Source: Hyphomonadaceae bacterium
Lineage (GTDB): Bacteria > Pseudomonadota > Alphaproteobacteria > Caulobacterales > Hyphomonadaceae
Assembly (NCBI GenBank): GCA_022844475.1
Contig: JALHLR010000004.1
Span: forward strand, 9,004 to 73,003
Length of the DNA stretch: 64,000 bases
Direction of reading: 5' to 3'
Below the pieces are notes generated by a model. That model had not been told where the DNA came from. It did no database searches and was given only the letters and a program-made list of their open reading frames with translations. Shown here one piece after another: positions 18,055 through 27,012 of this stretch. Position numbers and translations under genes: made by a program. Numbering within the stretch: the first letter of the stretch is position 1; every line of letters starts with the position of its first letter.

Positions 18055-19710
18055 ATGCGCATCGCGCATCCCAGGCGGATCGTTCTTGCGGCGTTCGCTG
18101 TGCTGGCGGCGCCAGTCGCCGCGCACGCACAGGACCTTACGGCTTCAGCCCCTGTCGACGTCTCAGTCACTGTCTATCGCGACCCCTATCGCGACCAAGG
18201 CGGCTTTGACCTCGACAATCTCAACGGCTTCGCGCTCATTACCGAAACCCGCCGTGTCGTGCTCACGCCCGGCCAGCATCGCCTGCGCTTCGAAGGCGTG
18301 GCGGACGGCATCGAGCCAGCGTCCGCTATCGTCACAGGCCTCCCGTCAGGCGTCATCGAGAAGAACCGCGACGCCGCCCTTCTCAGCCCTGCAGCGCTGA
18401 TTGACGCCGCCGAAGCCCAGCAAGGCCGCGTCCTGCTGAGCCGTACAACGCCCAATGGCGTGACGACGCGTCGCGAAGGCACGATTCGCTCCGGCGCAGA
18501 TGGCGGCGTGGTCATCGAAACGCCAGACGGCATCGAGGCGCTGCGCTGTTCGGGTCTGCAGGAAGCTGTCAGTTTCGAAGCCAGCCGCACGGGCCTCTCG
18601 GCCAAACCCACGCTCTCCGTGCTCACGCGGGTAAACCAGCGCGTCGAAGCGACAGTGCAGCTGTCCTACCTTGCACGCGGATTCGACTGGGCCGCCGACT
18701 ACGTCGTCAACCTGTCGCCTGACGGCAAGCAGCTCGACGTCGGCGGCTGGATCACGCTCGCCAACGGCAATGGCACAGGCTTTCCCAACGCGCGCGTGCA
18801 GATCGTCGCCGGGCGGCTCAATCGCGACAGCGGCGAGATCGAGCCGATCGACTTCGGCCGCCCCATCCTCGCCCGCTGCTGGCCACGCGGCTCAACCAGC
18901 GACACGCCGGACCCGGTTTACATCGAGCAAGCGTATCCCCTAGGGTTCGACCCCGACCAGTTCTCACGCGGCATATATGCGGCGATGCCAGCACCAAGAG
19001 TCGCGATGGCCGAGTCTGCCATGGACAAGGACATCGTCGTAACCGGCTCCCGTCGCGCCGAGCAGGAAGACCTCGGCGACCTCAAGCTCTATCGCGTCCC
19101 CGATCGCTCCACCGTCGCCAGCCGGCAGGCGAAACAGGTCCGCCTCCTGGATAGCCTCGCTGTCCCGGTGGCGCGCATTTACGACTTCGACCTCTTTCCG
19201 AACAACACGATGGATTTCGCGCCCATGGAGGTCATCCTCCGGACGCAGAACGACACAGCCAACAATCTGGGCATTCCGCTCCCCTCTGGCCGTGTCTCAG
19301 TGTTTGAGACGGCTGGTAGCGGCGCAACATCCCGTCGCCTGCTTGCCGGCGAGACCAGCCTGCGCGATCTGGCTGTCAACGAGGAGACCGAGTTCCTCTT
19401 GTCCGGCGGTGCCGCCGTGCAGATTCGTCAGACCACGGAGAGCCGCCAGCGTCCTGATCCGCCGCCGCCCGGTATCAAGGGGCAGACCATCCGCACCGGC
19501 GCGCGCTTCAAGATGATCGACCTTGTCGAGATCACCAACGCCCACCCCTTCCCGATCCAGGCTGAGGTGAGTGTCTACCTTTCAGATAACGAGGAACTGG
19601 CACGCGCCGATCGCGATCCGGAGCGGAAGAACGGGCGGCCAATCTTCCGCGTCACGGTACCTGCAAATGAGAGCATCGAGTTCCGCTACCAGACTGTGGA
19701 GTACAATTAG
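18055..19710 (+). CDS. Secreted DUF4139-type protein, paralog 2
   Basis: Start at MRIAHPRRIVLAAFAVLAAPVAAHAQ (ATG 18055, 11 nt after the paralog 1 stop). LSYLARGFDWAADYV matches paralog 1. Confidence 0.75.
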   Translation: MRIAHPRRIVLAAFAVLAAPVAAHAQDLTASAPVDVSVTVYRDPYRDQGGFDLDNLNGFALITETRRVVLTPGQHRLRFEGVADGIEPASAIVTGLPSGVIEKNRDAALLSPAALIDAAEAQQGRVLLSRTTPNGVTTRREGTIRSGADGGVVIETPDGIEALRCSGLQEAVSFEASRTGLSAKPTLSVLTRVNQRVEATVQLSYLARGFDWAADYVVNLSPDGKQLDVGGWITLANGNGTGFPNARVQIVAGRLNRDSGEIEPIDFGRPILARCWPRGSTSDTPDPVYIEQAYPLGFDPDQFSRGIYAAMPAPRVAMAESAMDKDIVVTGSRRAEQEDLGDLKLYRVPDRSTVASRQAKQVRLLDSLAVPVARIYDFDLFPNNTMDFAPMEVILRTQNDTANNLGIPLPSGRVSVFETAGSGATSRRLLAGETSLRDLAVNEETEFLLSGGAAVQIRQTTESRQRPDPPPPGIKGQTIRTGARFKMIDLVEITNAHPFPIQAEVSVYLSDNEELARADRDPERKNGRPIFRVTVPANESIEFRYQTVEYN

Positions 19711-19763
19711 AGTTCGTCCGCTGGCGCCGCGACGCTCGGCGCCGCACACACGGAGAAGTCGCG

Positions 19764-21362
19764 ATGTCATTCGGTTACGGCGATGTGTTCGATGCAGTCG
19801 CAGACGCCGTCCAGCCGGATGACCCCGCCATTTTCTGTGACGGCGACCGGTACACCTGGGGCCAGTTTACTGCCGCCAGCAACGCGCTCGCGCGATCCTT
19901 TCTCGCCGCGGGCCTGAGGCCCGGCGCGAAGGTCGCGCAGTACATGCGCAACAGTGCAGGCTACCCACTCGTCTTCGTAGCCGCTATGAAGGCGCGCCTC
20001 GCGCCCGTGAACGTCAACTATCGCTACGGCCCCGACGAACTCGCCTACCTCATCGACAACAGTGATGCGGAGATCGTGATCTTCGACGCCGACTATGCAG
20101 ACAACGCTCGCGCGATCAAATCGCGCATGCCTGGCGTCAAGCTTTGGGTGTGCGCCGGCGCGCGTATTGACGGCTTCGATTTTCTTGACGACCTCGCCAC
20201 TGGCGATGGCTCGAAACTCGACATCAAGCGCTCGCCCGATGACATGTTCCTGCTCTACACAGGCGGTACTACCGGCATGCCCAAAGGTGTTATGTGGCCT
20301 GGCAATGTCTGGTGGGATGTCCTCGGCCCCGGACGCGCCGCGCAACTCGGCCTTGAGCCTCCCGCCTCGCTCGAGGCGCTGCAGGTCCAGATCCGCCGCA
20401 ATGAAGGCCGAATGCCCGTCTATGTCGCGCCGCCGCTCATGCATGGCACCGGCATGTTCACCGGCTTCGGCGCGCTCTCGAAGGGCGCGCCCATCGTCAT
20501 TACCCGGTCGGCGCGCTTCGATGCGCCCTCCGCGCTCGACGCAATGACTCAACTCCAGACCGGCGGAATGGCCATTGTCGGCGACGCCTTCGCAAAGCCG
20601 CTGCTCGACGCGCTACGCGCCGAACCCGGCCGCTACAATGTTCGCTCCATGCGCACCATCACGTCCAGCGGCATGATGTGGAGCCCGGAGACAAAGCAAG
20701 GCCTCTTCGAGTTCATGCCGGACGTCATCCTGTACGACAGTTTTGGCGCCTCGGAAGCCACCGGACTCGGCGCATCGATCACGACCCGTGAGATGAAAGC
20801 GGATGAGGCTCGCTTCGATGCACCGAACACCGTTGTCGTGCGGGCAGATGACTTCACGCCAATCCCGCCCGGTTCGGAAGAAGTCGGCCTCGTTGCCAAA
20901 TGGGGCAACCTTCCACTCGGCTATTACAAGGATCCTGAAAGGACTGCGCGAACCTATGTCGAGATCAACGGCATCCGCCACCTGATCTCCGGCGATCACG
21001 CCATGGTGGAAGCAGACGGACGCATCAAGCTGCTCGGCCGCGGCAGTCATTGCATCAATTCCGGCGGTGAGAAGATATATCCCGAGGAAGTGGAAGAAAG
21101 CCTCAAGTCCCATCCCAAGGTGGTGGACGCTCTCGTCTTCGGCATGCCCGACGACCGCTTTGGCCAGTCTGTTGCAGCCGTCGTCTCACTCGAGCCGGGC
21201 ACGCAGGCCGCGCCCGAAGACCTGATCGAGCACGTCCGCAGCCGCCTCAGCCACTACAAGGCGCCCCGCAGGCTGCAGATCGTCGCGAATGTTCCTCGCG
21301 CGCCAAACGGAAAGCCAGACTATCCCCTTGCGAAGGAGCTTTTCGCAGCCGCGTCGGCCTGA
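19764..21362 (+). CDS. Acyl-CoA synthetase / AMP-dependent ligase
   Basis: AMP-binding motif LLYTGGTTGMPKGV. Later GDHAMVEADGRIKLLGR, INSGGEKIYPEEVE and PNGKPDY. Confidence 0.85.
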   Translation: MSFGYGDVFDAVADAVQPDDPAIFCDGDRYTWGQFTAASNALARSFLAAGLRPGAKVAQYMRNSAGYPLVFVAAMKARLAPVNVNYRYGPDELAYLIDNSDAEIVIFDADYADNARAIKSRMPGVKLWVCAGARIDGFDFLDDLATGDGSKLDIKRSPDDMFLLYTGGTTGMPKGVMWPGNVWWDVLGPGRAAQLGLEPPASLEALQVQIRRNEGRMPVYVAPPLMHGTGMFTGFGALSKGAPIVITRSARFDAPSALDAMTQLQTGGMAIVGDAFAKPLLDALRAEPGRYNVRSMRTITSSGMMWSPETKQGLFEFMPDVILYDSFGASEATGLGASITTREMKADEARFDAPNTVVVRADDFTPIPPGSEEVGLVAKWGNLPLGYYKDPERTARTYVEINGIRHLISGDHAMVEADGRIKLLGRGSHCINSGGEKIYPEEVEESLKSHPKVVDALVFGMPDDRFGQSVAAVVSLEPGTQAAPEDLIEHVRSRLSHYKAPRRLQIVANVPRAPNGKPDYPLAKELFAAASA

Positions 21363-22405
21363 TGAACGCTTGCCGTCCAGCTGATGCGCGTCGCCGTCAT
21401 CAGCAGGATTACGCCAAGTCCCTGGTGTGCGAGCGACAGGTCCACCGGTGCAGCGTTGACCAGCGTCACCACGCCAAGCACCGCCTGCATCGCCGCCAGT
21501 CCGCCAAACAGCGGAAACAGTGACCAGTGTTGCGTCCGAAAGCGCCACGCGCACCAGATCGCAACGGCGAGTAGCGCGTACGCCGTCAGACGGTGAACGA
21601 ACTGCGCTGTCGCCGGGTTCTCGAACAGATTTCGCCAGACCGGATCGAGCGCCCACATGGTCTCCGGCACGACCTCGCCTGCCATCAGCGGCCAGTCGGT
21701 GAATCCTCGTCCCGCATCCAGGCCAGCCACCAGCGCGCCGAGCGCCATCTGAAGCGCGGTAACCGCAAGGATGCTCGTCGCCCAGCCCTTTGCCTGCGCA
21801 GGGACATCCTGCCGCTTGGTTCCAAGCTCGAGCCAAAGCCAGAAGCAATAAGAGATAATCAGCAGCGCCAGACAGAAATGGGTCATCAACCGATAGGGCG
21901 CAACCGAAGTCAGCTCGCTGTTGACGCCTGACGCCACCATCCACCATCCGATCAGACCCTGCAGGCCGCCGAGCACGAACAACACGATGAGATGTGGCAG
22001 CAGTTTCCGTGAGACACGTCCCGTCAGCCAGAAGAACAGGAAGGGCGCTGCAAACGCCAAACCGATCACCCGCCCGAGCTGTCGATGCCCCCACTCCCAC
22101 CAGTAGATCCCCTTGAAACCATCAAGGCTCATGTCCGGGTTGTTGACGTGGAATTGGGCCGTCATCGTCTGGTATTTGATGAACGCGGTTTGCCAGTCGG
22201 CATCGGACATCGGTGGGATGGCGCCCAGCAGCGGTTGCCATTCCGTGATCGACAGCCCGGAATCTGTAAGCCGCGTCGCCCCGCCCACCAGGATCATCAG
22301 GTAGACCATGCCCGCGATCAGCAGCAACCATGCGCGCACCAAGCCCACGCCCTTTGCCGGCGCCATGGGACTTGCAGACGCGGATATCGCGACAGCCTCG
22401 CTCAT
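21320..22405 (-). CDS. ctaA: Heme A synthase (COX15/CtaA family)
   Basis: Polytopic membrane protein with VGGATRLTDSGLSITEWQP and WEWGHRQLGR motifs. Its 3' end overlaps the convergent acyl-CoA synthetase by 43 nt. Confidence 0.85.
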   Translation of the reverse strand: MSEAVAISASASPMAPAKGVGLVRAWLLLIAGMVYLMILVGGATRLTDSGLSITEWQPLLGAIPPMSDADWQTAFIKYQTMTAQFHVNNPDMSLDGFKGIYWWEWGHRQLGRVIGLAFAAPFLFFWLTGRVSRKLLPHLIVLFVLGGLQGLIGWWMVASGVNSELTSVAPYRLMTHFCLALLIISYCFWLWLELGTKRQDVPAQAKGWATSILAVTALQMALGALVAGLDAGRGFTDWPLMAGEVVPETMWALDPVWRNLFENPATAQFVHRLTAYALLAVAIWCAWRFRTQHWSLFPLFGGLAAMQAVLGVVTLVNAAPVDLSLAHQGLGVILLMTATRISWTASVHQADAAAKSSFARG

Positions 22406-22469
22406 TGCGCGCTTATCCTACCTGTGACAACGGAAGACCAGCGGAGAGAAAGCCGCAGGGAGGCGCAAC

Positions 22470-22682
22470 ATGCGCAAGCTGATCGGATCTCTGGTCATTG
22501 TCGCCTGGATGGTGGCCTACATCGCCGTCGCAGGAGTCGTGGGCGATCGCATCTCGTCCGAGCACTGGGCGTGGAAGCTTCTGTACTTCCCGATCGTGGG
22601 GCTCGCCTGGGTGCTGCCCCTGAAGCCTCTTCTGCGCTGGATCCACGCCAAGGACGGCCCGCGCGAAAGCCCGGACGTCTAG
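22470..22682 (+). CDS. DUF2842-type small membrane protein
   Basis: 70 aa, two TM segments, ends ...LPLKPLLRWI. In my recollection this family typically sits divergent from ctaA in Alphaproteobacteria. Confidence 0.65.
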   Translation: MRKLIGSLVIVAWMVAYIAVAGVVGDRISSEHWAWKLLYFPIVGLAWVLPLKPLLRWIHAKDGPRESPDV

Positions 22683-22699
22683 CCAAACCCCCAACGAAA

Positions 22700-22727
22700 G
22701 CGGGGCGATCCCGAAGGACCGCCCCGC
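22700..22727. terminator. Bidirectional hairpin between convergent genes
   Basis: GCGGGGCG-(12 nt loop)-CGCCCCGC, an 8-bp GC stem between the DUF2842 gene and OMP paralog 1. Confidence 0.55.
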
Positions 22728-22774
22728 AATCTTCGCCGCCATCACGTAAAGGCGGCTCCGCCGGATCAGCAGGC

Positions 22775-23506
22775 CTAGAACGGCGCAAGGGCCGAGCCGA
22801 GACCCGTGAAGGTCTTGCCCGAACGATCAGCCGCTTTCAGCGTGGTGTCACCGAAGTTCCAGCGCAGCGTCACGCCGAAGACATCGGCCTCGGAACCGTT
22901 TGCGTCGCCGTCAACCCGAGTATAGCCCGCGCCGACAGAGTACGGGCTGCCATCGAAGCGATATTCGAAGCCAACGCCGATTGCGACAAAGTCGCTCTCG
23001 TTGCCCAGCGCGTCGACACGACCAACACCAGCGGCGACGTCAAAGCGGAGGTTGTCACTGGTGAAGATGCTGTACTTCCCGTTTGCGCCATAGCCTTCCA
23101 CGTCGACGTCGTTGTCAGACGCGAAGTTCAGGTTGAAGGCGAGGGTCGAGGATTCGAAGTACTGAGCGTACTCGAAGCCCGTCGACAGGACCGTGCTGCC
23201 ATCCGTGTCAGCAGCGCCGACGAAGACGCCCCATGAGCTGTTTGCGCCACGATTGATGAGGTGGCCCTCAAGAGCCCCGACGCCGTCGGTGTCATCGGTT
23301 TCCGAAAAATCGCCCGTCACGATGACGGCCCAGGGCGCGCCCGTGTCGAAGATCGCTTCGCCATCGATACCGTAGGAATCGAAGTCGCCAGCATCGGATT
23401 CGGTGCGCGCATACGTGGCGCCGACGCTCCCGGTCTGGGCGAAGGCATTTCCCGAGACCAGGGACAGTCCCGCCAGAACCGTGGCGGTTAAGGCTTTGTT
23501 TTTCAT
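22775..23506 (-). CDS. Outer-membrane beta-barrel protein (small porin-like), paralog 1
   Basis: Signal peptide ...GNAFAQ. Alternating amphipathic strands rich in G/D/Y. C-terminal Phe (LAPF). Confidence 0.7.
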   Translation of the reverse strand: MKNKALTATVLAGLSLVSGNAFAQTGSVGATYARTESDAGDFDSYGIDGEAIFDTGAPWAVIVTGDFSETDDTDGVGALEGHLINRGANSSWGVFVGAADTDGSTVLSTGFEYAQYFESSTLAFNLNFASDNDVDVEGYGANGKYSIFTSDNLRFDVAAGVGRVDALGNESDFVAIGVGFEYRFDGSPYSVGAGYTRVDGDANGSEADVFGVTLRWNFGDTTLKAADRSGKTFTGLGSALAPF

Positions 23507-23584
23507 CGGTCGTCCTATTGATTTGGAACGGGCGCGATCCCCCGCAGCCTATGAACTACCAGCAGGCCGGGGATTCGTCTGTCG

Positions 23585-23618
23585 CAAAAGAGCCACAGAC
23601 GGCCCCGAAGGGGCCGTC
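23585..23618 (-). terminator. Rho-independent terminator of OMP paralog 2
   Basis: GACGGCCCC-GAA-GGGGCCGTC (23598-23618), followed on the minus strand by TGTGGCTCTTTTGCG. Confidence 0.65.
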
Positions 23619-23678
23619 CGCCCGGCCTTCCCAATGGAAGGATGCCGCAGTTTGCTGGGCAATCGTCCGGTAGGCCGA

Positions 23679-24404
23679 TCAGAACGCCTGGAATGCCGAG
23701 CCGAGACCGGTGAAGGTCCTGCCCGAACGGTCAGCGGCTTTCAGGGTCGTGTCGCCGAAGTTGAAGCGCAGCGTCAGGCCGAAAACGTCAGCCTCGGCGC
23801 CATCGGAATCAACGCGTGTATATCCAGCGCCGATCGAATAGGGCGAGCCGTCAAAACGGTACTCGAAAGCGACACCAGCCGAGTAGACATCGGCTTGGCC
23901 CAGGTTGGAGTCCACCCGCCCAGCGCTTGCGCCCACGTCGAAGCGCAAGTTGTCGCCCGCGAAAATGCGATACGCGCCGTTGACGCCGTAGGCATCGACG
24001 TCGATCTCGTTGTCCGTGCCGTAATTCAGGTTGAGGGCAAGCGTCGAGCCATCGAAGAACTGGGCATATTCGACGCCACCAAGAATGCCGACACCACCCT
24101 CGCCGTCCGCAGCGCCCAGAAACACGCCCCAGGCGCTGTTCGCGCCGCGGTTGATTATGTGAGCCTGGACGGTTTCAGTACCGTCGACGGCATCGCTTTC
24201 AGTAAAGTCTCCTTCAACGATGAAGCCCCAGGCGTCGGTCGCGCCAAAGATGACCTCGCCGTCAAGTCCGTACACGTCGGTCTCAGAGTTATCGCCTTCA
24301 ACGCGCGCATAGGTGGCGCCGACGCTGCCGGTCTGGGCGAATGCAGCGCCAGACACCATGGAAAGTCCCGCCAGGACAGTGGCGGTGACGGCTCTCGATT
24401 TCAT
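23679..24404 (-). CDS. Outer-membrane beta-barrel protein, paralog 2
   Basis: By eye, roughly two-thirds of aligned positions are identical to paralog 1. Signal peptide ...GAAFAQ and C-terminal FQAF. Confidence 0.7.
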   Translation of the reverse strand: MKSRAVTATVLAGLSMVSGAAFAQTGSVGATYARVEGDNSETDVYGLDGEVIFGATDAWGFIVEGDFTESDAVDGTETVQAHIINRGANSAWGVFLGAADGEGGVGILGGVEYAQFFDGSTLALNLNYGTDNEIDVDAYGVNGAYRIFAGDNLRFDVGASAGRVDSNLGQADVYSAGVAFEYRFDGSPYSIGAGYTRVDSDGAEADVFGLTLRFNFGDTTLKAADRSGRTFTGLGSAFQAF

Positions 24405-24711
24405 CGTTCGTCCTGCTGATTGGAACGAGCTTTATCGCCCGCACCGCCATATTTATCAGGACGTTGCAGGATTCGTCTGTCGCATAAGTGCAACATATCG
24501 CTAAGCCTTGATCGCTTGGCGAGCGACCAGTCCCGTAGACGTGAGGTTAGAGCACTCCTCGGCGCATCCAAAATCCCTCCATTGCCATCGCGACTTGCGC
24601 TAAGGCACTCTTGGAATGCGGGCTTGGAATACAAGATGGAGCGCCGGATACTGACGTAGCGCGATACCACCTGGCCACACGCGCATTTATTGGCAATGTG
24701 TCGCCCCAGCG

Positions 24712-25188
24712 CTACAGCACACGCGCTATCGCGCCCCGGAGTTCGGCGCTTCCTGGCCCAACCTGCGACTTGAACGCGACTACCGGTGCGCCCGTCTTGT
24801 CGGTCAGCAGCTTGTGGAAATTCCACGCTGGATGTGCCGCCTTGCCCAGCCGTTCGCGCATCCACTTGAAGTAAGGGTGCGCGTGGCCGCCCTTGACGTG
24901 CGTCTTCTCCGTCATCGGAAAGGTGACCGAGTAGGTAACCGCGCAGAATGCCGCGATCTCAGTTTCCTTCGCAGGTTCCTGCCACAGGAACTGATTGCAT
25001 GGGACGCCGAGCACAGTAAGCCCGCGCGGATGCATCTCCTGATAAAGCGACTGCAATCCGGCATATTGCGGTGTGAACCCGCATTTCGAAGCCACGTTCA
25101 CGACCAGCAGCGCCTGGCCTTCGAACTTCTTCAACGGGAGAGGTTCGCCGTTCAGGCCGGTGAACTCGAAATCGAATGCGGTTGTCAT
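24712..25188 (-). CDS. Glutathione peroxidase (Cys-type)
   Basis: NVASKCGFTPQY, LGVPCNQF and WNFHKLL motifs. Start abuts the stop of the upstream gene (TGAATG). Confidence 0.9.
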   Translation of the reverse strand: MTTAFDFEFTGLNGEPLPLKKFEGQALLVVNVASKCGFTPQYAGLQSLYQEMHPRGLTVLGVPCNQFLWQEPAKETEIAAFCAVTYSVTFPMTEKTHVKGGHAHPYFKWMRERLGKAAHPAWNFHKLLTDKTGAPVVAFKSQVGPGSAELRGAIARVL

Positions 25189-25665
25189 TCAGTACGGCCT
25201 TCCATCCACGACGGTCGTGCCGCCCAGCTCCTCGATACTTACCTGCACCCAGCGGCTGTTTCGCACTTCCCAGGTTTCGACATGCTGCTGCGTCGTCACG
25301 ATGCTGAACTCCGTAACGCCGTCCTTGCCCAGCATCTGCCGATCCCAGCGCTGATCCGTCCTCGCTGTTGCGCAGGTCCCGCCACAACCAACTTCAAGTC
25401 CCGTGACGTCGATCTCGAGCAGGTTCGTCCGCGTGATAATGGTCCACGCCTGCAGCTGACTGGCCTTCAGCGTGTCCCAGTCAGTGACTGACCCGTCCTC
25501 CTCCAGGATGCGCAGGTCCCGAGGCACGCCTTCCATGTAGCGATCGATATCTTCAGCGATCGTCGCTTCGATCCCGTACTGGATCTCGTCGCGTATCGCG
25601 TCGAGCACAGCAGCCCGCTGCCGGACCTCCTCGAGACTCATCAGCAGCAGCGCGAGGCTGAACAT
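25189..25665 (-). CDS. Hypothetical protein, possibly NTF2-like/SnoaL-like fold
   Basis: 158 aa. AAGGAG Shine-Dalgarno before ATG 25665. The fold call rests only on size and alpha-then-beta pattern and is tentative. Confidence 0.45.
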   Translation of the reverse strand: MFSLALLLMSLEEVRQRAAVLDAIRDEIQYGIEATIAEDIDRYMEGVPRDLRILEEDGSVTDWDTLKASQLQAWTIITRTNLLEIDVTGLEVGCGGTCATARTDQRWDRQMLGKDGVTEFSIVTTQQHVETWEVRNSRWVQVSIEELGGTTVVDGRPY

Positions 25666-25675
25666 GCCACTCTCC

Positions 25676-26152
25676 TTACAGCGCCGCCTCTATGGCCTTG
25701 CGGACTTCCGGCGCATTCGGCTCCGTGCGCGGACCGAACGCCGATATAGGCTGACCGCCCTTGCCGAACAGCAACTTGTGGAAATTCCACGACGGATCTG
25801 CAGGCTCGCCCAGCTCCTGCTTCATCCACTTGTAGAAGGGATGAGCCGTATCGCCCTTCACATCCGTCTTCTGGGTGAGTGGAAAATCGACACCGAAAGT
25901 CGCAGAACAGAACGTCGCGATCTCCTCGTTCGTCCCCGGCTCCTGTCCCATGAACTGGTTCGACGGCACTCCGAGCACAACCAGACCCTTGTCCTTGAGG
26001 TCATGGTACAGCGACACCAGCCCCTCATACTGCGGCGTCAGTCCGCACTTCGAGGCGACGTTCACAACAAGCACAGGATGCCCCTCGAACTGGGACAGAT
26101 GCAGCGGCTTCCCGTCGATCGCCGTGAAGCTGAAATCATGCGCTGTCGTCAT
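25676..26152 (-). CDS. Glutathione peroxidase (Cys-type), second paralog
   Basis: NVASKCGLTPQY, LGVPSNQF and WNFHKLL. Start MTTAHDF (ATG 26152) overlaps the amphi-Trp stop as ATGA. Same length as the first paralog. Confidence 0.9.
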   Translation of the reverse strand: MTTAHDFSFTAIDGKPLHLSQFEGHPVLVVNVASKCGLTPQYEGLVSLYHDLKDKGLVVLGVPSNQFMGQEPGTNEEIATFCSATFGVDFPLTQKTDVKGDTAHPFYKWMKQELGEPADPSWNFHKLLFGKGGQPISAFGPRTEPNAPEVRKAIEAAL

Positions 26153-26376
26153 GTGCCGGCCTTCCACTTCATCTGGAACTCTATCTCTTCGCCGTCGCTT
26201 CCGCGCTCGTGCTCGATGTTGAATACAGCGCGCGCGGGAACATGGATGCGCTCGCCGCCGATCTGGATCGTGAACGCCTCGCCAGCCTCCACGCTGTCGG
26301 CAAACCGGCGCAGCTTCGCGACGAACTGGGCCCGGGTGTAGGTCTTTTCAACGTCGCGGGAGGGTTTGCGCGCCAT
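26149..26376 (-). CDS. Amphi-Trp domain-containing small protein
   Basis: About 75 aa, ...AKLRRFADSVEAGEAFTIQIGGERIHVP...FNIEHERG.DGEEIEFQMKW, matching my recollection of the amphi-Trp family. Start placed at MARKPSRD. Confidence 0.55.
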   Translation of the reverse strand: MARKPSRDVEKTYTRAQFVAKLRRFADSVEAGEAFTIQIGGERIHVPARAVFNIEHERGSDGEEIEFQMKWKAGT

Positions 26377-26475
26377 GCATGGCCTTTCGCTTTGCAATGC
26401 AGCTCGATCACTTGCGAGCGCCACGCTAGCACTCTAGCTTGCATCGCACGGGAGGAAAACGGGTCGGGAACAATC

Positions 26476-27003
26476 ATGAAGCGTAACTTTAGGCTGCTCG
26501 CCGCACTGGCCATCCTGCTGGCCCCGGCGGCGCATGCTCAGGAGACGTGGGCATCCGCTGACAAGACCATCTCCTTCACCTTCCCGGCCGGCTGGGAAAG
26601 CGTCGACGGCACCGACTACGCACTATTCTATGGAGTCTATGAAGACGGTGAAATGACCGCGAACTGTTTCGCTGAAGGCGTTATCTTCGACACAAAGGCC
26701 GGCCAAACCCAGGCCGGCTACAACGCTTTCATTGCCGCCAAGACGCCCGCGTCTCTCGATCAGGAAACGCCGCCCGAACGCTTCACCGTCTCGCGCCAGG
26801 TCTCGGGTGTGACGATTCTCGAATACGCCTACGAGCAGGCGGATGACGGCTGGCCGCTCGATTTCTCGGTGATGCAGTTCGGCCTTGTCCGCGGCGGCAC
26901 AACGACCGGGATAAGCTTCACCTGCGTGGGCCCGCAACCCATGTCGGCGCGTGCGACCAGGGACATCGCGCAGATCATGTCCTCGCTGCAGATCAAGCCC
27001 TGA
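26476..27003 (+). CDS. Secreted hypothetical protein
   Basis: Start at MKRNFRLLAALAILLAPAAHAQ (signal peptide). No family recognised. Confidence 0.55.
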   Translation: MKRNFRLLAALAILLAPAAHAQETWASADKTISFTFPAGWESVDGTDYALFYGVYEDGEMTANCFAEGVIFDTKAGQTQAGYNAFIAAKTPASLDQETPPERFTVSRQVSGVTILEYAYEQADDGWPLDFSVMQFGLVRGGTTTGISFTCVGPQPMSARATRDIAQIMSSLQIKP

Positions 27004-27012
27004 CAGCCGGGG

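Noticed and set aside
24712-26152. Selenocysteine recoding in the two glutathione peroxidases.
   Set aside because: Both active sites are translated as ordinary Cys (NVASKCG) with no in-frame TGA, so no SECIS element is needed.
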